Origin: a virus
Taxonomy: Duplodnaviria; Caudoviricetes
Length of the DNA: 64,000 nucleotides
Strand: one strand, 5' to 3'
Virus record (IMG/VR): IMGVR_UViG_3300042554_000410
Coordinates: 34,497-98,496 of that record
How positions within the stretch are numbered: position 1 is the stretch's first letter; each line of letters starts with the position of its first letter. Both the position numbers and the translations under genes were made by a program. Below, in pieces: positions 23,341-33,748 of this stretch. Under the pieces are notes generated by a model. The model ran no database searches. It was given only the letters and a program-made list of their open reading frames with translations, and had not been told where the DNA came from.

Positions 23341-24515
23341 AAACTCCTAATGATGTCTTCAAGAATATTCATTTCTCTATCACCAACAAACTGGTTATTA
23401 CCTATATAGATACCATTATTATGCACGATGTCAACTTTGTATTCTGGCTCTTTGTCCGAGATGCCATAACCTGCCATGTAGGGTTGACGAAGCAAGTTGC
23501 CGCCAACGACAGGACGATATTCAATTGAGTTTGCCTTGAGAAGTTCAATAAGTTTATACTTCACATATTGCGCCCTAGCGATGAATGGAAAGCAGAATGA
23601 ACTATTGCCTTCTTCAACATATCCATCAGCAGGAACATAGAACTTATCTTTTCCATCAATTAACATAATTCGCATGTATCTTGCATAGTTCTTTCTACGT
23701 TGCTCAATAAAGCCATCAAGTTTCTTCAACTGTGATAAACCAAGAACAGCGCCGAGTTCTGTATTGCGGAAGTTATATCCAGCAGTTACAAATAGAAACT
23801 GTGGATCAATATCAGGATGATTTTCTGCATACGACTCAGGAGTCATCGATACGCGAGACATGCCATGTGAACGCTTCATACGCATTAAATTATATAGAGC
23901 AAGGTTGTTGGTACAAACCATGCCACCTTCAACTGTAGACATATGATGACCAAAGTAGAAACTGAATGTAGAACCGTTTGACCTTGAACCAACTTTATGA
24001 CCAAATATATCTTTTACACCATGACTTTCGCAAACATCTTCTAACATGATTGCTTTTGGAAATATGGATCTAAGAGAAAAAATAGGAGCGGGAAGTCCAA
24101 GCAAATGTGTCGTGAACACAATATCAATCTTGTGCTTCTTTGCAATCTCCGCAGCATTGTCTAAATCAAAACTATAATTATCTAGATTGATATCGCAGAA
24201 GATTGGTTCCATGCCAAGTTGCATAACAGGATTGATATTCGTTACCCACGTACACGCGGGTACGAGAACCTTAATCTTCTTCTTATTCTTAAAGTATAGT
24301 TCCTTAACAGCATCAAGCAATAAGAAGTTTGCTGTACTGCCAGACGTTACAAACAAAGAATACTTAACACCAAGCCATTCTGACCAAGCTTTCTCAAACT
24401 CTTCGACCTTTTTGCCTTGAGTGAACTTGTCTGTAGTCATCACGAACTTGGCCAAGTTCCATCTGTCGCACCAAGTCAGTGTGTCCTTCATCAATGGCCA
24501 TTTATACGCGGTCAT
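23337..24515 (-). CDS. DegT/DnrJ PLP enzyme, ColD-like GDP-4-keto-6-deoxymannose 3-dehydratase
   Basis: SGSTAN, EDVCESHG, FSFYFGHHMSTVEGG with His at the usual PLP-Lys site. Confidence 0.8.
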   Translation of the reverse strand: MTAYKWPLMKDTLTWCDRWNLAKFVMTTDKFTQGKKVEEFEKAWSEWLGVKYSLFVTSGSTANFLLLDAVKELYFKNKKKIKVLVPACTWVTNINPVMQLGMEPIFCDINLDNYSFDLDNAAEIAKKHKIDIVFTTHLLGLPAPIFSLRSIFPKAIMLEDVCESHGVKDIFGHKVGSRSNGSTFSFYFGHHMSTVEGGMVCTNNLALYNLMRMKRSHGMSRVSMTPESYAENHPDIDPQFLFVTAGYNFRNTELGAVLGLSQLKKLDGFIEQRRKNYARYMRIMLIDGKDKFYVPADGYVEEGNSSFCFPFIARAQYVKYKLIELLKANSIEYRPVVGGNLLRQPYMAGYGISDKEPEYKVDIVHNNGIYIGNNQFVGDREMNILEDIIRSL

Positions 24516-25437
24516 ATGTTTTCCTATTCTCTAAGAACCAATCAATTGTCATTTTCAATCCATCTTCAAGTGAAGTCTTGGCTTTCCAACCAAGTGCATC
24601 CATCTTGCTAGTATCTAGTGCGCGGCGCGGTGTGCCGTTTGGCTGTGCAGTGTCCCAAATCATCGTACCCTCATATCCGACAAGAGATGCAATCAACTCT
24701 GACAGGCAACGAATCGATATCTCACGATTTGGTCCAATGTTGATTGGCTTTGGATCATTATAGTTCTTCATTAGGAAAATTAGTCCGTCAGCCAAATCAT
24801 CGGCAAAAAGAAATTCTCGCGTAGGACTGCCGTCACCAAAGCATACTACACTAGACAAACCTCTTTCTTTCGCGTCGATAAATCCATTGATGAATGCAGG
24901 AATAACATGACACTCATTTCGTCTAAAGTTATCGAAAATGCCATAGAGATTATTTGGCATGACGGAAACAGTTTGCATACCATACTGCTCAGTATATTTC
25001 TGGCACATGGTAAGACCAGCAATCTTCGCTAGAGCATAACCAATGTTAGTTTCCTCTAGCGGACCAGTCATTAAGTATTCTTCTTTGATCGGCACAGGTG
25101 CATGTTTTGGATAGATACATGCTGTGCCTAAAAACATTAGCTTTCTGCAACCATACTGCTCTGCGCTACTGATAACATTGGTCTGAATCATCAAGTTGTC
25201 ATACATAAAGTCAGCAGGGAAAGACTTATTGAAGCCAATACCACCAACCTTTGCCGCCGCAAGAAACACATATTCAGGCTCGTAATCATTGAAGAAATGT
25301 TGTACAAGCTTCTGATCACGCAAATCTATATCACTTGTGATGATATTCTTGTAACCTTGTGCCTGCAACTGACGAATGAGTGCTGTACCGACAAGACCTC
25401 TATGACCTGCCACATAAATTCTGCTATTACTGTCCAT
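24502..25437 (-). CDS. fcl: GDP-L-fucose synthase-like epimerase/reductase (Fcl/ColC)
   Basis: AGHRGLVG; AAAKVGGI; YALAKIAG; HVIPA. Confidence 0.9.
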   Translation of the reverse strand: MDSNSRIYVAGHRGLVGTALIRQLQAQGYKNIITSDIDLRDQKLVQHFFNDYEPEYVFLAAAKVGGIGFNKSFPADFMYDNLMIQTNVISSAEQYGCRKLMFLGTACIYPKHAPVPIKEEYLMTGPLEETNIGYALAKIAGLTMCQKYTEQYGMQTVSVMPNNLYGIFDNFRRNECHVIPAFINGFIDAKERGLSSVVCFGDGSPTREFLFADDLADGLIFLMKNYNDPKPINIGPNREISIRCLSELIASLVGYEGTMIWDTAQPNGTPRRALDTSKMDALGWKAKTSLEDGLKMTIDWFLENRKTYDRV

Positions 25438-26434
25438 TGATACACATATCCTCTACAAGTTTTTCAAATGTGAACTTTGGTTTCCAACCAAGAACTCTAC
25501 GAGCCTTGCTGGAATCACCAAGTAATGTTTCTACTTCCGCTGGTCTGAAATACTTTTCACTCACACGAATAATTGGAGTTGACTTGTATCTTTCATCATA
25601 ACCAACTTCATCAACACCTTCACCATGCCACTTGATATTCATTCCGAAGTACGGCGCTGCTGTCTCTACAAACTGACGAACTGAATACTGCTCACCAGTA
25701 GCAATCACATAGTCATCTGGCTTGTCTTGCTGGAGCATGAGCCACATGGCCTCAACGAAGTCCTTAGCATGACCCCAATCTCTCTTTGCGTTTAGATTGC
25801 CAAGTGTTAGTGATGACTGATAGCCAGTGCTGATACGAGAAAGGCCCTGCACAATCTTCCTTGTCACGAATGTTTCACCGCGTCGAGGGCTTTCGTGATT
25901 GAATAGAATACCAGATGAACAGTGCATACCATATGCTTCACGATAATTCTTTACAATCCAGAAGCCGTAGAGTTTAGCAACGCCGTATGGTGAGCGAGGA
26001 TAGAACGGTGTCTTTTCTGTCTGCGGAGTTTCTTGCACAAGACCATAAAGTTCAGATGTCGATGCTTGATAGATACGAACATCTTTTTCCATGCCAAGCA
26101 GACGCACAGCCTCAAGAATGCGAAGTGTGCCAAGAGCATCAACCTGACCAGTGTATTCAGGAATCTCAAAGGATACCTTCACATGAGATTGTGCAGCCAG
26201 ATTGTAAATCTCTGTCGGCTTGATTTGCTGAATAAGACGAATGAGTGAAGAACTATCCGTCAAATCTCCGTAGTGAAGAGCAATGCGAGGATAAATATGG
26301 TCGATACGGTCAGTATTAATAGAAGAAGAACGTCTGATGATTCCATGTACTTCATATCCTTTTTCTAATAAAAGTTCGGCCAGATAAGAACCATCTTGCC
26401 CTGTAATACCTGTAATTAATGCCACCTTACTCAT
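25427..26434 (-). CDS. gmd: GDP-mannose 4,6-dehydratase
   Basis: [19 protein letters not shown]; QASTSELYG; [16 protein letters not shown]. Confidence 0.97.
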   Translation of the reverse strand: MSKVALITGITGQDGSYLAELLLEKGYEVHGIIRRSSSINTDRIDHIYPRIALHYGDLTDSSSLIRLIQQIKPTEIYNLAAQSHVKVSFEIPEYTGQVDALGTLRILEAVRLLGMEKDVRIYQASTSELYGLVQETPQTEKTPFYPRSPYGVAKLYGFWIVKNYREAYGMHCSSGILFNHESPRRGETFVTRKIVQGLSRISTGYQSSLTLGNLNAKRDWGHAKDFVEAMWLMLQQDKPDDYVIATGEQYSVRQFVETAAPYFGMNIKWHGEGVDEVGYDERYKSTPIIRVSEKYFRPAEVETLLGDSSKARRVLGWKPKFTFEKLVEDMCINGQ

Positions 26435-27480
26435 AGAAAATCCTTCAAGTTATCACTATCACGTTGGATGTTTATCGCTGTTGCCCGAGGATATGGATTA
26501 GACTTATTGTAGTCGTTAATCAAAATTCTTGCGCTGTTATTTAGTCCTGTAATCAACTCAAAGTTTTTGAATCCTAGAAGACTAAGCATCTTGTTTGTTT
26601 GCTCACGATAAGTATGCGGTCGTGCAGTCGTAAAGATAATCTGACAACCCTTGTCATGATACTCTTTCACTCTGTTACGATTTTCTTCTAGAACAACAGG
26701 CGGATCGTTATATGTATAAAAACCATAACGAGACTGAGCCTTGATTAGAGTGCCATCAATATCACAGAAGATAACAGGCATGTCATTATACTTGTGCCAA
26801 TCTTCTGCTGTACCCACATCGACATAGTTTGAAACTTCATTCTTCACGAAGATTTGGTCACTGCCAAGCATGTCTTGAATGATGTGTGAAACAAATAATT
26901 CGCCTTCTCTATTCTGTATTCTATCATAGATGTCCAGATAATAGTTAGCCGAGTTGAACTTGTACGCGCCGACACAAAACGTATCAGATACGACTTTCTT
27001 CTCAATGATATCGGTAACAATATTCTGATTGTTGTACTTCACGAAACTCTTTGAAGAAATCTTCTGGAGAGTTTCATGGTCTGCTATGTTTGACACGCAG
27101 ACATAGTTCTGCGGAAGAATTTCATGAGAAAAAAACGAGTCGCAATCTTTCACCAGAAAGGAAAAATCTTTAGGTGGATAACTAAGACCTTTTGAGTATT
27201 GAATGTTTTTCAAAGCAATACGAACAGTCTCGGCTGGTCCGCGCGTGGGTTTATATACAGTAACGATATTGGCCTCAGGAAGTTCGTTTCTCACAAATTC
27301 AAAAGCATTATACTTATCAATATGATCTTGTAGAATGACAACGGTGATGTCGTGTTTACCGATGAAAGGCTCTACGGCTTTCACAAGCATCATCTTGTTA
27401 TCATATCCGAAATGTAGATACTTTGGCTTTACATTTGGAAATCTGGTAGAAAGACCAGCGGCTGGTACAATCACTTCCAT
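26431..27480 (-). CDS. Nucleotidyltransferase fused to a HAD-like domain
   Basis: [15 protein letters not shown]; C-terminal FCDIDGTL...TTAR. Confidence 0.75.
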   Translation of the reverse strand: MEVIVPAAGLSTRFPNVKPKYLHFGYDNKMMLVKAVEPFIGKHDITVVILQDHIDKYNAFEFVRNELPEANIVTVYKPTRGPAETVRIALKNIQYSKGLSYPPKDFSFLVKDCDSFFSHEILPQNYVCVSNIADHETLQKISSKSFVKYNNQNIVTDIIEKKVVSDTFCVGAYKFNSANYYLDIYDRIQNREGELFVSHIIQDMLGSDQIFVKNEVSNYVDVGTAEDWHKYNDMPVIFCDIDGTLIKAQSRYGFYTYNDPPVVLEENRNRVKEYHDKGCQIIFTTARPHTYREQTNKMLSLLGFKNFELITGLNNSARILINDYNKSNPYPRATAINIQRDSDNLKDFL

Positions 27481-28211
27481 AATCTGTTTATCTCCTTCAC
27501 GATGAAGTTATATTCTAGAGTATTTTTATCACAATGTAAATAGACGCGAAGCAGCATGAGTATCAGTAGATAATCGTTGTTCGCAATCGGGAATCGTTTT
27601 AGTATATTATCTTGAATGTTTAGCAGTTTCACATCTAGCATGATAGGATCACGCCGTAAAAACCACTTGCATTCCAAATCTTGTCTTAACTTTGCTATGT
27701 CAAACACCCAGGAATCATATTGCAAAGTGACAGCATCAATAAAGTAAAATCTTCCTTCTGTAGAGCAGATGACGTTTTCCAAAGTCATGTCACCATGATA
27801 CTGAGAACACGGCAGAACTTTCGGCAGTCTTTCTATCAATTCGTTCTTTGTGAAAGGAAACATTCCGTCTTCTATCCACGATAGCATATGATTATATACT
27901 AGAGTGTAGTCTTTGTCAATACTTTTCGATGCGAATAATTCTATGGTACGAATAAGAAAGTCACTCAAATCTCTTATTGGATTATTGACCAGATAATTTT
28001 GCATATCTAGTCCATAAATGTATTCCATGTCGAGAGTTGTGCCATCATAACTGTAGATTCTAGGAACATCGATGTAGCCAACAAGCGCAGATAATCTTTC
28101 GTGATTGCGTTCTACATTACCAACCTTACGAACGAATATCTTTTGGTTGTCTTGCAGTAAAGATACAACTGAGCCAGAATGTCCCTTGAGTGTCTTTATG
28201 AGTTTTTCCAT
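27471..28211 (-). CDS. APH/choline-kinase-like phosphotransferase
   Basis: HGDMTLEN...FID...DIAKLRQDL. Confidence 0.7.
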   Translation of the reverse strand: MEKLIKTLKGHSGSVVSLLQDNQKIFVRKVGNVERNHERLSALVGYIDVPRIYSYDGTTLDMEYIYGLDMQNYLVNNPIRDLSDFLIRTIELFASKSIDKDYTLVYNHMLSWIEDGMFPFTKNELIERLPKVLPCSQYHGDMTLENVICSTEGRFYFIDAVTLQYDSWVFDIAKLRQDLECKWFLRRDPIMLDVKLLNIQDNILKRFPIANNDYLLILMLLRVYLHCDKNTLEYNFIVKEINRLWK

Positions 28212-28900
28212 AGTTCCATGTCATCACGAATGAGTGAGTGAGGCGTTGCGTTATATTTGCCTGGTGGAAATGGATTGTTCATGTTCACATATGTCAGTCT
28301 TTGTCCAACAAGTCCCGCTCTCTTGAGATTAGCACTTAACATATTTTCACCAATCATGGGTTCACCGTTATTGTAATATTGATCCATGTGCAAATATGTA
28401 GACATGTATTCTGTCATGACTTTGTTGCTGCCAAAAGCAAACTGGTCATTACCAAAGTCATGAGTTGGCACCATTCTACAGTTTGGAATATAAAGATTGT
28501 TCTTGTCTAACTGACTGAATGGAATAACACCATTGATAGCATAGTCAAATCTTGTTTTCACAACCCAATCATACTTGTCAAATATCAATTCATACTTTGT
28601 TTTAAGAAGCAAAGATTGAAAAACAGAATAGAACATGGATACAGTTGCGTGTGGTGGCCATCCAGCAGCATTTGGAGTGTTAGTATACTTGTTGTCATAG
28701 AATGATCTTGATAAAGGATTTTCTACCAAAGATTCCACTGGCTTATACAAGTTAATCACATCTTTAGACTTGTAGACTTTGTTGTGCCAAGTGTGAATGA
28801 ATATATCGCAATTGTAGTGATTTAACAAATTGTGTTTCATGTACTCATAGCCTTTCTCATAAGAGCGAGGCTGACCTGAGATGCAGACTGCAATCTTCAT
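28196..28900 (-). CDS. Putative glycosyltransferase-like protein
   Basis: KIAVCISGQPR...DIFIHTW...YDWVVKTRFD...NDQFAFG. Confidence 0.6.
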   Translation of the reverse strand: MKIAVCISGQPRSYEKGYEYMKHNLLNHYNCDIFIHTWHNKVYKSKDVINLYKPVESLVENPLSRSFYDNKYTNTPNAAGWPPHATVSMFYSVFQSLLLKTKYELIFDKYDWVVKTRFDYAINGVIPFSQLDKNNLYIPNCRMVPTHDFGNDQFAFGSNKVMTEYMSTYLHMDQYYNNGEPMIGENMLSANLKRAGLVGQRLTYVNMNNPFPPGKYNATPHSLIRDDMELWKNS

Positions 28901-29778
28901 GAGCGAACTCCTTTATACACGTTCTCTAAGAACCAAAGATTAAAGCGTTTGAGATTCCAAAACTTATCGTGAACATAAGGCAAAGGAAGAGTGTTTGCCA
29001 TAACTTCCCATGTATGTTTATCTTGATCCACTTTTATGATTGTATCGATAAATTCGTTATCACTAACGAAATCATGACGAGATATAAAAGATCCTTCTTG
29101 AAAGTCCATTGTAACAGTTGGTGAACCCCAATAGATTGGCACTGTTCTTGCAATAAAGCCGTGCATAATCTTTTCTGTGCAATAACCAGGATAAGAACTA
29201 TTCTCAAAACATAGTGAGAAACGACACTTGCGAAAGAAGTTAATCTTAGACATCACATCACGCGGAAGAACACCTCCAATGTTGTTGAACAATGGACCAC
29301 CAGACATGACTGGCTTGTATTCATTCAACATATGAAACATCTTGTTACGGTACTCAGATGCGCCATTGCCCGCAACAAATCCACAAAACCATTCTTTTTC
29401 TTCATACTTCACAGGCTTCAAGTTTAAAGAGTCATAACTGAGCATATCAGGTACGCCATTCTTTGTCTGTACCCAATTGTCTAGAACATAGAGTGGCAGA
29501 CGATAGAACTGACTTCCGTCCATATGGTCAAATGAAATCGCATGATGAGCGACATAGTTCCATGGGCGTCTGTTCTCACCCGTGAAGAATATCTTGACTA
29601 CTTTGTTCGGATCAAAGTTCTTGTTGTTCTGACCGAATGTTTCATCGCAAAAGATTAGATAGTCTGGATTAACATCATCGCGTTCTATATCAAAGGACAT
29701 AGACAAGACACTCATGAAGAAATCATCAAGCGTGTTGTAGTAGTCTGTAAATCCAAGTTTAAGCTTCGGCTTAGTCAT
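28897..29778 (-). CDS. GT10 alpha-1,3/4-fucosyltransferase-like
   Basis: FTGEN; KINFF...FSLCFENS...GYCTEKI...VPIYWG. Confidence 0.88.
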   Translation of the reverse strand: MTKPKLKLGFTDYYNTLDDFFMSVLSMSFDIERDDVNPDYLIFCDETFGQNNKNFDPNKVVKIFFTGENRRPWNYVAHHAISFDHMDGSQFYRLPLYVLDNWVQTKNGVPDMLSYDSLNLKPVKYEEKEWFCGFVAGNGASEYRNKMFHMLNEYKPVMSGGPLFNNIGGVLPRDVMSKINFFRKCRFSLCFENSSYPGYCTEKIMHGFIARTVPIYWGSPTVTMDFQEGSFISRHDFVSDNEFIDTIIKVDQDKHTWEVMANTLPLPYVHDKFWNLKRFNLWFLENVYKGVRS

Positions 29779-30661
29779 TATACTTTGCTCTAATCTTTTC
29801 TACTAGACCTGCAACTCTATCATACTGATGAACAATATAGAATGGCATTTCATAAGCATTATAAACTGTACCATCTTCGCCGATAACAGGCTGATCAGCC
29901 AGATACTTTGTCTGATACATGATTTGTGTAGATGGATCGTTTCTCTGACCAATATCACCAGCACCAGATTGAATGGCGGCAAGAGTTGTGCCAAGATTAC
30001 ATGCCCAACCTGATCCATTGCCGAAGAACTCGGTTTGGTTCTTGAAAACGTCAGTATTCAGAATGAAGTTGTAAACAGCCTGATCAACGATGGGAATAGG
30101 ACGATTAACACTCAACTGTAGAATCATCAACAGCATATCACGAACAAGGTCATATTTTCCTGCCATCACACCGACATTATAAATCTCTTTGTCTTTGATG
30201 AGATTATGAAAGAATGGACCAAATGCTTGTAGATAGTTGTTATTGCCCCATGGTTCATCTTTATAAGCAAGACCTTCGCCTGCTGCAATAAAGCCAATAA
30301 AGTCATCCTGTGTAAGAAAGTCTGACGGATTTTTCTGAAACACAACGTCACGAACGTCTGTTGTAATAACAAAATCATATTTTTCTTTAGTTGTGTTCAG
30401 ATAATTCCAGATATGAAAGAAACGCTCTACGTGCGGAGGCATCTGACTGTTAGATGAATAGTTACCATCTGCATCCTTCTGACCGTATGCGAGAATGTTC
30501 ACACCCTTTTCAGAAACTTTTGCAAGTTCTTCGATCTTCATATTTGTTGCTACAAGAACAATATCACCTTCAAAGCCCGACTTCTTGATTGAATTGATCC
30601 AATACTTGATATCATCATACTTGTAATTTGAAGCTCCGCCAATGATTAGGTCTTTAGCCAT
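29771..30661 (-). CDS. Putative glycosyltransferase (GT-A)
   Basis: TTDVRDVVFQKNP; DQAVYN; IVHQYDR. Confidence 0.65.
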   Translation of the reverse strand: MAKDLIIGGASNYKYDDIKYWINSIKKSGFEGDIVLVATNMKIEELAKVSEKGVNILAYGQKDADGNYSSNSQMPPHVERFFHIWNYLNTTKEKYDFVITTDVRDVVFQKNPSDFLTQDDFIGFIAAGEGLAYKDEPWGNNNYLQAFGPFFHNLIKDKEIYNVGVMAGKYDLVRDMLLMILQLSVNRPIPIVDQAVYNFILNTDVFKNQTEFFGNGSGWACNLGTTLAAIQSGAGDIGQRNDPSTQIMYQTKYLADQPVIGEDGTVYNAYEMPFYIVHQYDRVAGLVEKIRAKYND

Positions 30662-31383
30662 GGTAGTTCTCCATTATAATGTTTCAGTTGTTCAGCATTG
30701 CCCTTGATAAAGAAGTCTGCATCTACAGAGCCAGGATTGCCGTCGAGACGATAGCAAAGAGTGTGCTTGTAGTTTGTGTCCCACTTTGGATTCATCGGCA
30801 ACACACTATAGAAATATCTACGGTCGCCGCCCCAACCAGAATGCCAGAGATGACAAGTTTTTTCTAAGAACTCGCGCTTAAATGCGAATGAAGATGTATC
30901 AACTAGATACTGTGGATCGTTGTGAGAGAAGTATATCGGCCATTTGCCGAGTGCTTCGCAGTTATCATCTGCAACATAAGACTTATCTGGATTGAAAATC
31001 TTACGAAACGAATAAGCAAAGTCGTTGCCGCGATCAAGCACCTCAACAAGAGAAGAAACATGGTCTGGCTCATACCAGTTATCTTCGTCAAGGAAGAAAA
31101 TGTAATCGGCATTAAGCAGATGAGGAATACCAGAATATATACGATGACCATAGAAGCCGTTTGCCCCTGTATTGTAAGGCAAAGGAAGAATTTGAATGTC
31201 ACTATCTTTACCAAATGGAATATTCTCTACAGCATTGTTAAAATACTCAGTGCCGTCCACTACGATAAGATGTTTGAGATTGGAATATGTTTGATTTTGG
31301 ACAGATAGTGCTGCGTCTTGCAGCTTCTTAGATCCGATTGTTGGCGTGATTACGACTACAGACTTTTCAATAATGAGTTTCAT
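30646..31383 (-). CDS. GT2 family glycosyltransferase
   Basis: VITPT...SVQNQTY...IVVDG...FFLDEDN. Confidence 0.85.
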   Translation of the reverse strand: MKLIIEKSVVVITPTIGSKKLQDAALSVQNQTYSNLKHLIVVDGTEYFNNAVENIPFGKDSDIQILPLPYNTGANGFYGHRIYSGIPHLLNADYIFFLDEDNWYEPDHVSSLVEVLDRGNDFAYSFRKIFNPDKSYVADDNCEALGKWPIYFSHNDPQYLVDTSSFAFKREFLEKTCHLWHSGWGGDRRYFYSVLPMNPKWDTNYKHTLCYRLDGNPGSVDADFFIKGNAEQLKHYNGELPWLKT

Positions 31384-31442
31384 GTTATATCCATAATGGA
31401 AGAAGAGACACTATTATATAGCATCTCTCCTGTATTGTCAAA

Positions 31443-32405
31443 TTATTCTAGAGAGATTAGACCTTTCTCTACCAGATATCCATCTTCACCGATGGCGTCT
31501 CCACTCTGGTATTCTTCCATAAACTTCTTTAAGTCTGGAACAAGTTCAAAGTGTTCGTTCTTGAAATACACAAACAATGGACGAGAGATTGCGTAATCGC
31601 CCTGCTTGATTGTATCATACTCAGGAACAACACCATTGATTGTTGCGCCCTTGAGTGTAGATGCGTTTTCTTCAAGGAAAGAAAAGCCGAAGATTCCAAG
31701 TGCTGCTGGATTTGCTTGAAGCTTCTGAACAATTAGATTATCATTCTCACCAGCCTCGACATACGCGCCGTCTTCACGAACAGACTTACAATACTTCTTT
31801 TCATCATCAGGTGTTACAGTCAATCCTGCTTCCTTGATAGCAGACTTACATTCACGCTCAAGGACAAGTTCTACGAAAGAGTCGCGTGTTCCTGATGTTG
31901 GTGGTGGACCAAGAACTTCAATCTTTTCGTTTGGCAAACTTGGATCCAAATCACTCCAAGTCTTGACTGGATTATCTACGAACTGACCTTCAACAATAAT
32001 ATATTTGGCTAGTGCCTTATAGATTTGTTCTGTAGTCAAAGCCATATCAGCATGTTCTTTTGTCATAGCAAGAACAATAGCGTCATAACCAATCTTCAAC
32101 TCGGTCACAGTTACGCCATTGGCTTTACACATCTCAAGTTCAGATTCCTTGATAGGGCGAGAAGCATTCACTGCGTCTGGCGTATCTTCACCTGTACCTC
32201 CACAAAACATCTTGATGCCGCCACCAGTTCCTGTCGATTCAACGATAGGAGTAGGCGAGTCAGTCTTTTTGCCAAACTGTTCTGCTACGATAGTCGTGAA
32301 AGGATATACAGTAGATGAGCCGACAATACGAATTGTATCACGGGCTGCAAGTGCTGGTGCAACAATCAAACCAAGAGCAACAGCAGCAAACACAAGTTTC
32401 TTCAT
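31443..32405 (-). CDS. pstS: Phosphate ABC transporter substrate-binding protein
   Basis: Signal peptide; IVGSSTVYPF; STGTGGG; SGTRDSF; SRPLFVY. Confidence 0.92.
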   Translation of the reverse strand: MKKLVFAAVALGLIVAPALAARDTIRIVGSSTVYPFTTIVAEQFGKKTDSPTPIVESTGTGGGIKMFCGGTGEDTPDAVNASRPIKESELEMCKANGVTVTELKIGYDAIVLAMTKEHADMALTTEQIYKALAKYIIVEGQFVDNPVKTWSDLDPSLPNEKIEVLGPPPTSGTRDSFVELVLERECKSAIKEAGLTVTPDDEKKYCKSVREDGAYVEAGENDNLIVQKLQANPAALGIFGFSFLEENASTLKGATINGVVPEYDTIKQGDYAISRPLFVYFKNEHFELVPDLKKFMEEYQSGDAIGEDGYLVEKGLISLE

Positions 32406-32419
32406 ACATTTCTCCATAA

Positions 32420-32449
32420 TAAAACTGAGGGAGTTAATTCTCCCTCAGT
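32420..32449 (-). terminator. Intrinsic terminator directly upstream of the pstS RBS
   Basis: ACTGAGGGAG-AATTAA-CTCCCTCAGT followed by TTTATT. Confidence 0.7.
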
Positions 32450-32504
32450 ATGTAGCGTTACCGGCCAGATAGCCAGTCAGATTCTTCGTTCGTGTAAGGA
32501 TACA

Positions 32505-32651
32505 TCACCATTGTTTCCTATCTGCATAGGACATGCGATCCCATTCACGTTGAAGAACTTCTAGATGAGCAGTATCGGTAGCTTGACTTAGATAGTCGTG
32601 CATTCTTTGCTGCTCAGATTTATTACTGAAAAGTCTCTTTAGAAACGACAT
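32505..32651 (-). CDS. DUF3563-like small protein (absent from the ORF track)
   Basis: MSFLKRLF...YLSQATDTAHLEVLQREWDR. Confidence 0.6.
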   Translation of the reverse strand: MSFLKRLFSNKSEQQRMHDYLSQATDTAHLEVLQREWDRMSYADRKQW

Positions 32652-32653
32652 CA

Positions 32654-33139
32654 TTACTTGTCGCCATACTTCTCAGTAAGAAACTGCTTTGTAGATGATT
32701 CAGTTTCAGATTCACCGATGTTGATCTTCTTCGGCTTCTTTTCTTCTGGAATGAAGCGTTCAAGCCAAATCTTCAACATGCCATTGATTAGGTCTGCATT
32801 CTTCACTTCAACAGTATCAGCAAGTGTGAACTGGCGAGTGAAGGCACGTTCAGCGATTCCCTTGTAGAGATAATCGCCGTCTTCTGAATTGACAGATCCC
32901 TTTACTGTGAGAGTGCCGTCCTGCAATTCAAGTTCAAGGTCTTGACGACCAAAACCTGCCACGGCTAACTCAATCACATACTTGTTTTCATCAATCTTCT
33001 TGATGTTGTATGGAGGATAAGTCTGCATCTTTGGCATAGTTTCAGCCATCTCAGCAAGACGCTTGAGAATTGGCTCAAAGCCTACAGTGGTATTGAACTG
33101 CTTGGGAAAAGAAAAAGGATCGAAAAGTAACTTGTTCAT
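32654..33139 (-). CDS. hsp20: Small heat-shock protein (Hsp20/IbpA-like)
   Basis: YPPYNI...ELAVAGF...YKGIAERAF...NGMLKI...PEEKKP. Confidence 0.95.
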   Translation of the reverse strand: MNKLLFDPFSFPKQFNTTVGFEPILKRLAEMAETMPKMQTYPPYNIKKIDENKYVIELAVAGFGRQDLELELQDGTLTVKGSVNSEDGDYLYKGIAERAFTRQFTLADTVEVKNADLINGMLKIWLERFIPEEKKPKKINIGESETESSTKQFLTEKYGDK

Positions 33140-33223
33140 GTTTAACTCCTGTTTAGCAAGTTAGTTATGTTTTAGTCTTCCTTTCGGCAAGACTGTGTGA
33201 GGTACGCATTACATTATCCTCAC
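33140..33223 (-). promoter_or_regulatory. ROSE-like RNA thermometer
   Basis: Three hairpins; the last pairs CTTGCT with the SD AGGAG (bulged G). Confidence 0.7.
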
Positions 33224-33255
33224 TATGGTATATATAACACATTTCAATTCAAATG

Positions 33256-33552
33256 TCAAGGGCCCGCATAAACATTTGGAGAGCCAGCAGCAACGGAAGT
33301 GCAGCCAGTGATAGCATCACCTATACGACCAGCACCCATTCCATTTACAAACACAGTAGTGGAACCTGTTGTTATTGGTGCGGAATGAGGCAGACATTCT
33401 GGAACAAGTGGTGGCTTTAGATGAACTGTGTTATTATCACCTTGTCTAGACCAAGGAATACCATTAACAAATACGTCTGGTGAACCTGCTGCTCTTGTCA
33501 TTCCTGAACAATGAGACACATCAGCATCACCTATTCTTGTTGCGGCTGGCAT
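33256..33552 (-). CDS. PAAR spike-tip protein (gp5.4-like)
   Basis: MPAATRIGD...GSPDVFVNG...GRIGD. Confidence 0.9.
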   Translation of the reverse strand: MPAATRIGDADVSHCSGMTRAAGSPDVFVNGIPWSRQGDNNTVHLKPPLVPECLPHSAPITTGSTTVFVNGMGAGRIGDAITGCTSVAAGSPNVYAGP

Positions 33553-33748
33553 TTCTTCTTTCTCTCTCCATTAGTATTTGTAGTTTGTCATTCCATGCAT
33601 CAATTTCTTCATGCTGTTCTTCTGTATGAGGACCTTCAGGAATCTCAGGCAGAAACTTTATTACGTGTTCGAAATCGTCTGGAATATCTTCGAACTGAGT
33701 GTATGTTTCCAAAATGCCGTTTCTTTTGACAACAAATTCGTGCGGCAT
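33527..33748 (-). CDS. Conserved T4-like hypothetical protein
   Basis: FEDIP..FEHVIKFLP..PEGPHT..QH. Confidence 0.7.
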   Translation of the reverse strand: MPHEFVVKRNGILETYTQFEDIPDDFEHVIKFLPEIPEGPHTEEQHEEIDAWNDKLQILMERERRNASRNKNR

